The notes under the pieces were generated by a model. The model was not told where the DNA came from, did no database searches, and saw only the letters and a program-made list of their open reading frames with translations. Position numbers and translations under genes: made by a program. From positions 248,001 to 312,000 of the IMG/VR virus record IMGVR_UViG_3300036781_000418: a stretch of 64,000 nucleotides of DNA; one strand, 5' to 3'. Positions 26,717 to 36,878 of this stretch are shown here, in pieces; positions within the stretch are counted from its first letter, which is position 1; each line of letters starts with the position of its first letter.

Positions 26717-27223
26717 ATGAAGATCGCGCAGATCAACGAAACGGTTACCCCTGAACGTGCACTTGAAGTGCTGATCAAGGTTCTCAACGAGATCATCAAT
26801 GATAAATCCACGCCACAACCTATGTCCAGTAACCGCTTGGACAAGATGAGCAAGCTATCGCATTCAGCGCAGGAGTGGGGGGCGGCCGCGGCGGTGGAAA
26901 GTTGGAACAAAAACGGCGGCGTCATGCCGTCCATCAACCTTGTCGACGTTAAGCAATTTCACCGGCCGCTAGGCCAGTTGGAAGACGCAAAGTTTCACGG
27001 TTGGCTTGGGCCCAAGCACGGTGAAGAGGCGATAAAGCAGATGCAGGCAATTATAGCAGAATACAGTGAACTGTCTGAAAGACTACAGGCGTTTGAACTC
27101 GCCACAAGCATACTGGCGATCCTTCAAGGTGAAGCTGATGATTCCCGCTCCAACAAGTACACAATCAGTCTAGCCAAAGGCGCCTTCCGTGCGCTAAATC
27201 TAAAGGTGAACGGCACAAGCTAA
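26717..27223 (+). CDS. Late protein with internal-protein-like N-terminus
   Basis: MKIAQINE. Confidence 0.7.
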   Translation: MKIAQINETVTPERALEVLIKVLNEIINDKSTPQPMSSNRLDKMSKLSHSAQEWGAAAAVESWNKNGGVMPSINLVDVKQFHRPLGQLEDAKFHGWLGPKHGEEAIKQMQAIIAEYSELSERLQAFELATSILAILQGEADDSRSNKYTISLAKGAFRALNLKVNGTS

Positions 27224-27226
27224 TCC

Positions 27227-27290
27227 GTTACAGTTCCCTGGACTTGTTACACTCTAATGATGTACAAGTCCTGGATTGGGTATAGAATTC
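27227..27290 (+). promoter_or_regulatory. GTTACA-box promoter, copy 3
   Basis: GTTACA-N13-GTTACA-N9-TGTACA-N16-TAGAAT. Confidence 0.75.
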
Positions 27291-27365
27291 AACTCATGCA
27301 ATCAAGCAATAAATCAAAAGCTTGAAAGCAAGTTGAACCCTTACCAAACTTTCTAGGAGCCTACC

Positions 27366-27653
27366 ATGTCGAAGCAAGCCAACCAAATCGCCGCCCACCG
27401 TGTTGCCATGAACGGCCGTGGTCGTATGTCCTTCGGTCGTACCTTCCTCGCCACGCTGCGTGAAGGTAAGAACCACCACGACGCCGGCAAGCTGTCCGCC
27501 TTCATCGTCGCCGCTGGTGTCGCCACGGCCAAGCAGCTGAAGTCGCTCGCTGCCAAGGGCCAGGTTACCCTGGAAACGCTGAACGACGTCGCTCATGGCA
27601 TCGTTACCCTGCTGCCCGCCGATCAACTGCCGGTCCGCACGAACCTGCAATGA
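27366..27653 (+). CDS. Small basic protein, paralog of 22673..22987
   Basis: AAHRVAMNGRGRMSFGRTFL...HHDAGKLSAF. Confidence 0.8.
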   Translation: MSKQANQIAAHRVAMNGRGRMSFGRTFLATLREGKNHHDAGKLSAFIVAAGVATAKQLKSLAAKGQVTLETLNDVAHGIVTLLPADQLPVRTNLQ

Positions 27654-27808
27654 GACAACTCGTCAAAAAGCTTCTGATCGCGTTCATCACCTTTACCATG
27701 GAAATGGTCCATGGTGATGAACGCTACAGATGCAAACAGGCCCTTGGTCAGAAGCTCTACCTCAAGAAGAGGATGATCCGACGGAGACGCGGCAAACACT
27801 ACGTCTAG
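27650..27808 (+). CDS. Small basic protein
   Basis: ATGA-coupled, 52 aa. Confidence 0.5.
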   Translation: MRQLVKKLLIAFITFTMEMVHGDERYRCKQALGQKLYLKKRMIRRRRGKHYV

Positions 27809-27818
27809 GAGAGCAGTT

Positions 27819-28730
27819 TTGAGCTTTTTCAAAAATAAACCCAAAAAGGTAACCGCTGGCCAGCACCAGTCAGTCATGCGCCGCGTGATGCCAAAGGTTC
27901 CACGGCTGACATCTACTGACTACGATCGGCCACAAGAACAAAGTTTGGTGTATACCACTGAACTTGTCAGCGCCGCTTTCGCAAGGCGCTATTGGTCTAA
28001 CGACTCATATTCCAAGATCGCCGATGATCTTGGAATATCAATTGAGGAAGCCAAAAAAGCGGTGTCAAAGAAACACAAAGACGCCAAGGTGTATAAAAGC
28101 TGGTGTGATGTTATTCCACCACTTGAGTATAAGACAACAGTGGTTCGTGTTCGACCTGTGAAGGTTGAAGATAAGGCCACAGTGCAGCTGCGGCGAGAGG
28201 CTGACGAAGATGCAGAGGCCGCCTTAGTAGATGGTGAAATTTTGAGGATAATCAAGCGCGATTTAGTTCGCCTTGAAAAGAATCCGCACATGGCTGAAAA
28301 ATTTCCACTTGAGTTGATTGCCACAACCTATGAGGTAAGCTTGGCTGTGGTGCAATCAATCGATCGATCTCGTGCCATTTTTCCAATCTTTGGGGATGCG
28401 CCATCAAAGCTGTCAGCTGAAATTTTAGTGGCGCTTAAGATGCACCATCCAGTCAGTGCGCAGAGAGCCATCGACGAAGCACGGGCAAAGCTGCTGCCCC
28501 ATCAGCGAGCAATAATCTCTGAACTGGATAGATGGTATCACGGGGTCAGATACCTTGTCATGACCAACCTTACCTACAACGATACATGGCATGATTACGA
28601 GCACACAAAGATCACTCATGGTGGTCATACGGTGCTGTTGTTTAAGACTGGCGCCGCTCGACTGCATGCCGCCGCTTTTCTACAAGCGCAAGATCTGACA
28701 GTTAATACCTTAACTGGTTTTGTAGAGTAG
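27819..28730 (+). CDS. Hypothetical protein, possible HTH segments; AT-richer DNA
   Basis: YSKIADDLGISIEEAKKAV. Confidence 0.65.
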   Translation: MSFFKNKPKKVTAGQHQSVMRRVMPKVPRLTSTDYDRPQEQSLVYTTELVSAAFARRYWSNDSYSKIADDLGISIEEAKKAVSKKHKDAKVYKSWCDVIPPLEYKTTVVRVRPVKVEDKATVQLRREADEDAEAALVDGEILRIIKRDLVRLEKNPHMAEKFPLELIATTYEVSLAVVQSIDRSRAIFPIFGDAPSKLSAEILVALKMHHPVSAQRAIDEARAKLLPHQRAIISELDRWYHGVRYLVMTNLTYNDTWHDYEHTKITHGGHTVLLFKTGAARLHAAAFLQAQDLTVNTLTGFVE

Positions 28731-28736
28731 ATAGAG

Positions 28737-28997
28737 TCATTTCGAGGAGCAGCCTTGGATGTACATCGTGGCTCCAGGCTGCCCCAGTTTGGCCGTCATG
28801 CCGCCGTTTGAGTTGATCAGGTACACGGTGCCGTCGTAGCAGAACTCCTTGATCCTCAGCTCGGTACCAGCTGAGTTAGCGGCTTGTGGAATCGACACGG
28901 TGACGGTCGGCGCGCTTGCAGTAGAGGACTCTCCACAGCCGCACACCAGGAGGAGCGCGGCCAGCACGGCGTATTTTCTAGCTGTCATGATGTTCAT
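28737..28997 (-). CDS. Putative lipoprotein
   Basis: RKYAVLAALLLVCGC lipobox-like signal. Confidence 0.7.
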   Translation of the reverse strand: MNIMTARKYAVLAALLLVCGCGESSTASAPTVTVSIPQAANSAGTELRIKEFCYDGTVYLINSNGGMTAKLGQPGATMYIQGCSSK

Positions 28998-29134
28998 CCT
29001 GTTCTCGTTTCCATTTGAGGTACGGCTCGTACGGCTCCGACCCCCACTCAACCCCATCGCTCCACATGGCGTAGATCACGTTGACCAGCAGGCCAACGAG
29101 GACTGCCAGACCTAGAGCGATGCAGTACCACATG

Positions 29135-29743
29135 TCAGCGCTTCAGGATTGACCTGAGGACCGTTGAGATGTTCAGGGCGTCGTCCGCGCCGTTGTGGTG
29201 GCGGCCTTGGAACGGCGTGTTCAGGTACTTCAGCGCACCGTCCAACCCCATCTCGCGCCGTAGGTTGTTCTTCAGGGCGAAGAGTGTTTTGACGTTGAAG
29301 TGCGTGCGAGCTCGAGTGAAGGGGCTCTCCTCATACTCGTAGTAGTACGTGAGGTTGTGGTCACGTTCTCCGGTACCAAGAACCCAACGGTCGTACTCGC
29401 CGTACGAGGCCCAGACGGTCTGGTTGTCCATCTTGAACTCCTTCTGCACAAAGTGCAGGGCCTCTTCGATGTCTTGTCCAGAGTCCACGTCGGCCTGCGT
29501 CCAACCCGTTAGCTGGGTGCAGAACGCCGACACTTTACCGAAGCGCGGCTTCACAAGGACTGAGAGGTTCTGCACCACGCCACCCGACTTTACGTCGTAC
29601 AGGGCGCAACCAAGTTCAATGATCTCCTTCTGGAGACCTGGTGGGCCAGTTGGATCAAGCTCACCCGGCTTGACTGGGTCGTTCTTGTCCCAGCAAAGGG
29701 CTTCAACGTCAACTATGAGTATTGTTTTGGCGGCGTCAGGCAT
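29135..29743 (-). CDS. DEDDh 3'-5' exonuclease (ERI1/KapD-like)
   Basis: IVDVEALCW; EIIELGC; GRHHNGADDA. Confidence 0.88.
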   Translation of the reverse strand: MPDAAKTILIVDVEALCWDKNDPVKPGELDPTGPPGLQKEIIELGCALYDVKSGGVVQNLSVLVKPRFGKVSAFCTQLTGWTQADVDSGQDIEEALHFVQKEFKMDNQTVWASYGEYDRWVLGTGERDHNLTYYYEYEESPFTRARTHFNVKTLFALKNNLRREMGLDGALKYLNTPFQGRHHNGADDALNISTVLRSILKR

Positions 29744-29861
29744 AGTGCTCCTTGAATAGGTTTGACCCAATTATACAGGGCGGAGCACGCTTAGTGAACC
29801 CAAGAATCTTGGTTGAACTTGGGTCTCCGTGATACGATAATCGTGTACTTTTGGAGACCAC

Positions 29862-30080
29862 ATGCGCTCTTTCGCCGCCTTCCTTCCCTGCTGGTTCCTC
29901 TTCCTCCTTGGCACGATTCCCGGCCTACTTGCGGATCACTGTAGATCCGACTACTGGAGTGACTTTTGGTTCAACATCTTCAACGACTGCATGCTCGGGT
30001 CTGTGAGCTGGCAGGCCTGGACGGAGATCACCGACAGCCAGTTCTGGCCATGGGAGCTCTTTGAAGATAAGGACGGCTAG
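29862..30080 (+). CDS. Small hypothetical membrane/secreted protein
   Basis: GGAG RBS; hydrophobic N-terminus. Confidence 0.55.
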   Translation: MRSFAAFLPCWFLFLLGTIPGLLADHCRSDYWSDFWFNIFNDCMLGSVSWQAWTEITDSQFWPWELFEDKDG

Positions 30081-30215
30081 GCGACACGAGGCGACGCCGG
30101 CTGCATTCAACCGATTCAGGCACAGAGCACAACACCCGAGGGACCAGCTGGTCCCTCGGGTCGTTTCGTGTCGCCGTCAACTGAACCCGCACTATCTGCC
30201 AGCTAATGCCTCTAC
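30080..30215 (-). repeat. 136-bp palindromic intergenic element, copy A
   Basis: Reverse complement aligns gap-free to 57975..58110 (106/136 identical by hand count). Confidence 0.85.
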
Positions 30216-30229
30216 GAGCGAGCGCTGTG

Positions 30230-33076
30230 TCACTTCGCCTCAAGGACCGCGACGCGAGCGCGCAGCTCCTGAACTTCCTTGACGAGCAACGGAACGAGCT
30301 TTGAGAAGTCAACACCCCATGCGTCCGTCTGTGCATCGTCGCCACCGACCTTGACGGCGTCTGGAACAACCTCGAACAGCTCTTGTGCGATGAAGCCAAG
30401 TTGAACATGTGTCGGGTCCGTCTTGAAGTTGAACGACCGAACTTGGATGGCGTCGATGGCGGTGGACTGGCTTACGGCAGGAACGATGTTCTCCTTCAAC
30501 CGCTGGTCCGAGGATACGTTGTACAGCACGCCCGTGGTGCCGTTCTGGGTGACACCGCCGATCAAGCCGCCGTTGTAGTAGTACGACGTGTAGCTTGAAC
30601 CAGTGGAGGTGCCAGACGTGTGGCCAGTGTAGATGTTCGCAGCACCGGCTCCGGTGATCACGTTCCCGCCGACGTTAGTTGCGATCTGCGATGTGTCAGT
30701 GTACCCAACCAACAGATTACCTGAACCGTCAAGAGTCATCGACTGCGTGAAGGTAATCGCGGTTCCTGCAGTTGGAGTACCGACCGATGAGTACCATTGA
30801 TGGTTCCCTGTGCTTGGTGAGAACTCGTTCAGCCCAGCTTTTGCGGTGAAGCGTGCAATCCAGTTCGCGCCGTTGAAATAGCTGTTGTAGGCGGTGCCAA
30901 CGTTCGTAGTACCTGAGTCATAGTGTGCCAAGTACGAGCCGAACTGCATGGCTTTCATGGTGCCCCATGCATCTGGAATGACGTTCAAGCCAAGAATACC
31001 GTTCGCATCCAACGCCATGGAGGATGTCAAGGTCGCCGCATTCCCGGCGGTGCCTGCTGGGGCCGACTGCCATTGGAACGAACCATTTGACACCGTGAAG
31101 GCAGCGCCACCGGTGGAACCAGCATACGTGTACTGTGATCCAGTGTAGAATAGGTTCTCAATCAAGCGAATTGAATCTCCACGGGCCCAGAGTGAACCAG
31201 TAGTTCCACTCGTACCGCCAGCACCCGCCGAAGAAAGTTGGATGACCTTTGCCCCTGACTCCCAAGCGCTCGGCGTAACGCCCTGTCCTACGTTGCCGTT
31301 GTTATCAAGGCGAACGCGCTCGGTACCAGTTGGTCCACCAGTGTATAGAGAAAGGAATGCACCTGCACCGATAGACACGCGAGATTCGGTGGTTGAGCGC
31401 AGGTACAAACCAGTCAGGTTTGCTGGGGTGCTGGTGTCACCGATCACCACCGGCGCGGACGCAGCTCCGGCATGAGACACCAACAGGCCGCTAGCACCGG
31501 TGATGAAGCCAGTTGCCGAAGCACCGATACCAAGTGCCCCACTTAGCAGGCTCTGGTTTGTACCTGACTGGTTGATGAAGTAGTTGCCAGTGAACGCAAG
31601 GTTGTCGGCGATGGTGGCGTTGTTCGTGCCAACCGTCTGATCAAGCGCATACAGCCCGATCGCACGGGTGATCGTCGAGCCCGCGCCCTTGATGATCGCC
31701 TGTGATGCGTATCCAGCAACGTACGGCACCGTGAACGCGGAGGCCGCGGTAGCTGGAACTGAGTTTACGCCGATGGCGGCGACCGTCGCCGTGGCGGTGA
31801 TCGCCAACGCTGAGTTCACGCCAGTCTGTGACGTACTAGCCAACGGACCAGAGGTGCCAACCGTCAGGGCCGCGGACGAAACGTACGAGCTGGCGCCGAG
31901 CCCGGTTGGCTTGCTGGTGTTCAAGCCGTTTCCATCGTACGTGAACGAGCCAGACGATGTCAGCGCCTTTGAACCACCAGTGTACATCACGCAGTTCGCC
32001 GATAGGTTCGACATCGTAAGGTTGCCGGCCAAGGTGATGCTGCCGCCGATGAACGACGCCACGTTACTCTGTTGGTTGATGAACCATGAGCCAGTAAAGT
32101 TGGTCGTGTCCGCGAGCGTGGCGTTGTTCGTGCCCGCCGTTTGGGTTGGTGCAAGGATACCAACGGTGTTCGTAATCGTCGAGCCTGCACCCTTGATGAT
32201 CGGCGCGCTGTTGAAGTTCGAGACATACGGTGCCGTAAACGTCGCGGCTGAAGTTGACGTTGCTGAGGAGACACCAACCACGGCGACCGTCGCGGCGGAC
32301 GTAGCCGTCAACGAAGTCAGCTGGCCAATTTGGGTCGTCGTCGACAGTGGGTTGGTGTTGGCGATGGAGACGGCTGAGTTGGCGGCCGTTGAACCGGCCA
32401 GACCCAACAAGCTGCCACTGGTGATCAGCTGACTGGTGCCCACCTGCAGTCCGTTGACTGGAAGGTTGAGCGTACCCGTCATGGTGTCACCGGTCTTCTG
32501 TACGAAGCCAGTACCCAGCGCACCCGTGATGTCGGAGCTTGTCACCGCGGTGGTACCGGTGACAAGGCCCTTGCCGTTGACCGTCACCTTCAAGAAGGAA
32601 CCGGTGCCGCTGTCCGTTTGGTTAGCAAGCGACGAGATGATGTTGACGTTCTGGGAACCGTCGAAGGTGGTCGAGCCGGTGACAGCGCCTGAGATGACGA
32701 TGTTCCGACCAGTCTCAAGCAAGGTCGCCTTGGAGGCGGTGCCGATGAAGTTGGAAGCCGTCACCGTGCCGGTTGAGCTGACGTTGCCGCCTGCGACGAC
32801 GAGCTGACCAACGCCGACGTTCAGACCGTTGGATGGCAGGTTCAAGGTGCCAGTCATGGTATCACCGGACTTCAACACGAACAAGCCGTCGGCGTCGGTG
32901 CTCAGTCGAGCCCAGTCACCGTTCAGGTAGCAGTACATGCCCTTGATTGACAGGTCCGAATCTGAACGGTAGAACAGCTCGCCTTCATCTGGATCCGATG
33001 GAAAGCTAGCACCGGACGCAATGGACGCGTTGGCGATCACCGATCCTTCTTGGATCTGTACACCGTGAAACTTCAT
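30230..33076 (-). CDS. Tail fibre with C-terminal S74 intramolecular chaperone
   Basis: SSDQRLKENI...LGFIAQEL; G/S/T-rich repeats; late promoter 33101-33106. Confidence 0.88.
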   Translation of the reverse strand: MKFHGVQIQEGSVIANASIASGASFPSDPDEGELFYRSDSDLSIKGMYCYLNGDWARLSTDADGLFVLKSGDTMTGTLNLPSNGLNVGVGQLVVAGGNVSSTGTVTASNFIGTASKATLLETGRNIVISGAVTGSTTFDGSQNVNIISSLANQTDSGTGSFLKVTVNGKGLVTGTTAVTSSDITGALGTGFVQKTGDTMTGTLNLPVNGLQVGTSQLITSGSLLGLAGSTAANSAVSIANTNPLSTTTQIGQLTSLTATSAATVAVVGVSSATSTSAATFTAPYVSNFNSAPIIKGAGSTITNTVGILAPTQTAGTNNATLADTTNFTGSWFINQQSNVASFIGGSITLAGNLTMSNLSANCVMYTGGSKALTSSGSFTYDGNGLNTSKPTGLGASSYVSSAALTVGTSGPLASTSQTGVNSALAITATATVAAIGVNSVPATAASAFTVPYVAGYASQAIIKGAGSTITRAIGLYALDQTVGTNNATIADNLAFTGNYFINQSGTNQSLLSGALGIGASATGFITGASGLLVSHAGAASAPVVIGDTSTPANLTGLYLRSTTESRVSIGAGAFLSLYTGGPTGTERVRLDNNGNVGQGVTPSAWESGAKVIQLSSAGAGGTSGTTGSLWARGDSIRLIENLFYTGSQYTYAGSTGGAAFTVSNGSFQWQSAPAGTAGNAATLTSSMALDANGILGLNVIPDAWGTMKAMQFGSYLAHYDSGTTNVGTAYNSYFNGANWIARFTAKAGLNEFSPSTGNHQWYSSVGTPTAGTAITFTQSMTLDGSGNLLVGYTDTSQIATNVGGNVITGAGAANIYTGHTSGTSTGSSYTSYYYNGGLIGGVTQNGTTGVLYNVSSDQRLKENIVPAVSQSTAIDAIQVRSFNFKTDPTHVQLGFIAQELFEVVPDAVKVGGDDAQTDAWGVDFSKLVPLLVKEVQELRARVAVLEAK

Positions 33077-33123
33077 CCCATATCTCCTTGTAGATATGGG
33101 TATTTAGGTCCTGGTGTCCCGGT

Positions 33124-33936
33124 TTACCGAACCATGAGCATGACCTGGTTCGTGCCGCCCATGTTCGAGTCAAGGCTGGAACCACCCTGCACGTAGACGT
33201 TTCCAGAGAGCGAGGCACCGTTGCAGAACGCACCTGGGTACCATGCTGGACTAGACACGTTACAGTACGTTGTGGTCATGCCAGTCGCGTTGATTCCGTA
33301 ACCACCGACGCTTGGGGTGCAGCAGTCGCGCATGAAGTAGTTGTCGTCAGCCGTCGCGGTAATTGGGAAGCCAAGGTTCGTCTGCATACCAGGAAAGATT
33401 GAACCACCACCGTAGACGCTGGTGTCCTGCTTAAGCACCGCCACGCCCGTGTACGTCTGGGTCGTGTCGCTGTTGAACAGCTGCCCGGCTCCACCAACGA
33501 AGCTGACCATGTAGATGTACGGACCCCAAGAGAAGTCGTCGTTCCGAGCTTGGTTGCCGTACATGTACTGGTAGAAGTTCAAGCCGTTCTGCCAGAGGCC
33601 GTAGATTCCAAGTTGGTAGCAGTTGTTCATGACCGCCAGGGAGCCGATCGCCGGCCCACGCCAGCCCCATGTTCCAGCGGTGGCTAGGGTCGCGCCTGGG
33701 TTGGTGCGAGCGACCAACATCCAACCACCGCCGTCCGTCGTCATGTCGCAGTAGACCTGCACCGCCGAGCCAGCGGGCGGCTTGATCCAGTAGGCACCAC
33801 TTCCAGATGTTGGAAACTGTCGCTTAATCTGCAGGGCTGACGCCCCGGCGTTTACGGCCGTTGAGCCGTCACGCGTTCCAGCTCCACCAACGGTGATGTA
33901 CCCCGCACCAAGGTGCATCGTCTGCTGCATCGTCAT
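33124..33936 (-). CDS. Fibrinogen C-terminal-like domain protein
   Basis: SGAYWIKP...VYCDMTTDGGGWMLV. Confidence 0.8.
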   Translation of the reverse strand: MTMQQTMHLGAGYITVGGAGTRDGSTAVNAGASALQIKRQFPTSGSGAYWIKPPAGSAVQVYCDMTTDGGGWMLVARTNPGATLATAGTWGWRGPAIGSLAVMNNCYQLGIYGLWQNGLNFYQYMYGNQARNDDFSWGPYIYMVSFVGGAGQLFNSDTTQTYTGVAVLKQDTSVYGGGSIFPGMQTNLGFPITATADDNYFMRDCCTPSVGGYGINATGMTTTYCNVSSPAWYPGAFCNGASLSGNVYVQGGSSLDSNMGGTNQVMLMVR

Positions 33937-36791
33937 GTCACGTTCCCGTTGATGACACAGGTAGCCGTGTCAATAAACCAAATGGTGGCAAACCCAAACG
34001 GTAGCAGCGTGCGGTTGCCCGTGGCGGTCGTCCCACCAAGGCGTAGTGTCACTCCAGCGTCTTGAATAAGGGTGACCGCCGAGTTGGAGTTGTTGAAGAC
34101 GGAGAACGTGGCCCCCGCGGTGCTTGTGCCTACTGTCTGACTGGTTGTAATCACCCAGCACGCACCACGTACAAACCCAGAGGCAACTGGTGGAATGTTA
34201 CGCCAACCAAGCTCTTGGGTGTTGGTCTGGTCGAAGATGCCGTTTTGATTGATCAACATCCGCTCAGTGTAGACCGCCGTCTGGGAGTTGTAGCTACCAA
34301 ACGAGATCGACGTAGGTGACGCACCAGCCGACCCAGCGAAGAGGTTCAACTGAAAGGAGGAGCCTGTACCCATGTCAACTCCGAAGCCGTGCTGCGCGTT
34401 GCCTGGGTTGTCGTACATAAGGGCGCGGACGCCAGTCGTAGTGCCAAGTGAAAGGGCCGCGCTTGGTGACTGCGTGCTGATGCCCAGCTTCGAGTTGACC
34501 GCCACGACTCCAGTGTTCAAAATCGTGATGGCACCGTTTGCCGGCTCCGTATTACCGTTGCCGCCAAGTTCAAGCGTGTTTCCAGGCTTGCCAGTGAACC
34601 AGTACGCCACACCTGAACCGGCGTTCGCCTGCAGAACCATGTTGGCGCTGACTGACGCGGCCCCACGCAGCTGCAGTGGAACGTTGTCAGTCGCCTGAAT
34701 CAACAGGTCGCCCGTCATCGTGTCACCAGTCTTCAACACGTTCAGTGAGGCTGCACCGACCACCGAGCCGACGAAGCCTGGGGCCGTGACGTTACCGGAG
34801 AAGGTGGCTGCCCCAGATGCTCGGTTGACGGCCAGCGCCGTGCTAAGCACGACACCGGTATCGGAGTAGCGAATCAGGCTGAAGTCTGAGCCAACGTTCA
34901 ACCCAGACTCAGCGGTGTTCGTCTTCTGAATCGTCCAACGGTTTGAGTTGGACGTCTGCAAGTTGACGCCGCCCGTCTGTGTCGCAGCCGAGGAGTTGAT
35001 GTTGATGACGGGGTTCGCCTTCGTCATCGTCATGTCGCCGCCCAGACCGATCAAGCCGGTGGCGCGTCCAATGGCGAACGGCGTATCAATCAAGACGCCG
35101 TTGTCGGCGTAGCGTGAGATCAAGAAGGTTGAACCAGCGTTGCCACCCGTCTCGGTGTCGTTGTTCTTACCCACCTGCCAACGCAGCAGACCAGTTGAAA
35201 AGTACTGGGTCAGCGACTGCTTGCCCGAAGCGGCGCTTAGCCGTAGGAACGCGTCCGTAGATGAGCCAATCAACATGTAGCTGCCTGACGACGTGATGTT
35301 CGCGCCAGCACGGTCAATTGACAGCGCGGTGTCAATGGCGACACCGTTGTCGGCGTACCGAGTGATGGTGAAGTTGGAGCCAGAGTTGGTGCCAGATTCG
35401 GTAAGGTTGTTCTTACCTACACCCCAACGCAGCGAACCGTTCGTCGACATCGACAGCATCGCGGGCTGTGCAACCGCGGCCGTGTTAAGGCTGATGGACG
35501 GAGTGGCCTTTGAGATCACCAGGTCACCCACCATGGTGTCGCCAATCTTCTTAACGTAGGCACTATCGGTGAAGGTGGTAATGTCACTTGATACCACAGG
35601 TGTCGTCCCTGAAACTCGACCGAACCCATCACGCGCAAACTTAAGGAACGTTCCACCTCCACCGTCCAACAGCGACGCTAGGCTGAAAACGTTGGAAATC
35701 AGGGTAAGGCCGGTGCCGGCTTGATAGGCGTTCTGCGCTGAGAACTGGACGAAGACCATAGGGTCCGTGCCGATCGTCGTGACCGTCGCCGTTTGGGTCC
35801 AGCCAGTATCGCCGTTCACGGTACCTTGCTGCACAAACACGGCGGCCGAGTTCACCTCATCGATTGGTGAGATGGAATCCATGTCGGTCGAACGAGTCCA
35901 CGCGCCTGAAGCCACGACGTAGATGCCGTTGTCAGGCTGGTTCGTTTGGTTCTTGACCAGCACTCGATCGCCGACGTTCGCCACAACGGAGTCAATGGAC
36001 TGCGAAGCCGACAGGGTGACGTTGCCGGTCGTCGCCAACTTTACTGGGTTCTTCCATGAGAAACCGGCGACGATGTTGTCGGCGTAGTCCTTCGTCACCA
36101 GGTGCAGGCCAGACGTCGGAGTCGCTCCAGTCACGGGGTTGTTGAACGTCCAGTTGCCGGTGATCGTCTCGTTGCCGGCGTTACGTGACAGCAGGGTGCC
36201 GTCCGTAACCTGTGACTCAAGGATCGTCAGCGCAGCCTGGTGCTGGGTAACTGAGCTCTGCGCGATACGACCATCGGCCAAGGTACCGGAAGTCACCTGG
36301 TTGCCGTCGATAGCGATTGCGGTGGTCGTCACCGACGTTGTCCGACCCTTCGCGTCGATCGTCATGACTGGAACGGCTGAGGCTGTACCGTAGGTTCCAG
36401 CCGTCGCGACCGTTACCAGGTTCAAGGTAGACGATGAGGAGCTCAACGTACCGGCCACGTCACCCGTCACATTGAAGGTTGACGACGTCGAGGTCCAAGC
36501 CGTGCCGGTGTAGAAGTACAAGACATCGGTCGAGGTATTGTAAAATAGGTCGCCACGCAACGCCGCCGTTGGAAAGCTGGCTCCAGATGGGGCGGTGATT
36601 GCGTCCGACGACGCGACTCGTTCCCATGCGGCCGAGATGTAGCAGTACAGTCCGCGCAGTGTGACGTCCGAGTCGGTACGGAAGAACATCTCACCTTCGT
36701 TTGGACTGGCTGGGAAGGATCCCGTTGCCGAGGCAACCACCAAGTTAACGATGGTGCCGCCCTCACGCAGGGTGATGGTGTGGTAAAGCAT
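33933..36791 (-). CDS. Fibre-like virion protein with three internal repeats
   Basis: GDRVLVKNQT..DNGIYV module; 3x RW.(V/I).K.N..E.G.N.GS.F...RY.D.G; late promoter 36814-36819. Confidence 0.85.
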   Translation of the reverse strand: MLYHTITLREGGTIVNLVVASATGSFPASPNEGEMFFRTDSDVTLRGLYCYISAAWERVASSDAITAPSGASFPTAALRGDLFYNTSTDVLYFYTGTAWTSTSSTFNVTGDVAGTLSSSSSTLNLVTVATAGTYGTASAVPVMTIDAKGRTTSVTTTAIAIDGNQVTSGTLADGRIAQSSVTQHQAALTILESQVTDGTLLSRNAGNETITGNWTFNNPVTGATPTSGLHLVTKDYADNIVAGFSWKNPVKLATTGNVTLSASQSIDSVVANVGDRVLVKNQTNQPDNGIYVVASGAWTRSTDMDSISPIDEVNSAAVFVQQGTVNGDTGWTQTATVTTIGTDPMVFVQFSAQNAYQAGTGLTLISNVFSLASLLDGGGGTFLKFARDGFGRVSGTTPVVSSDITTFTDSAYVKKIGDTMVGDLVISKATPSISLNTAAVAQPAMLSMSTNGSLRWGVGKNNLTESGTNSGSNFTITRYADNGVAIDTALSIDRAGANITSSGSYMLIGSSTDAFLRLSAASGKQSLTQYFSTGLLRWQVGKNNDTETGGNAGSTFLISRYADNGVLIDTPFAIGRATGLIGLGGDMTMTKANPVININSSAATQTGGVNLQTSNSNRWTIQKTNTAESGLNVGSDFSLIRYSDTGVVLSTALAVNRASGAATFSGNVTAPGFVGSVVGAASLNVLKTGDTMTGDLLIQATDNVPLQLRGAASVSANMVLQANAGSGVAYWFTGKPGNTLELGGNGNTEPANGAITILNTGVVAVNSKLGISTQSPSAALSLGTTTGVRALMYDNPGNAQHGFGVDMGTGSSFQLNLFAGSAGASPTSISFGSYNSQTAVYTERMLINQNGIFDQTNTQELGWRNIPPVASGFVRGACWVITTSQTVGTSTAGATFSVFNNSNSAVTLIQDAGVTLRLGGTTATGNRTLLPFGFATIWFIDTATCVINGNVT

Positions 36792-36878
36792 TAAGCGCTC
36801 CTTGTAGATCCCCTATTTAGGAAAAGCACACCGTTCGGCCGTCTCGTGTAAATATCAAATCACATCTTTTGGCTAACC

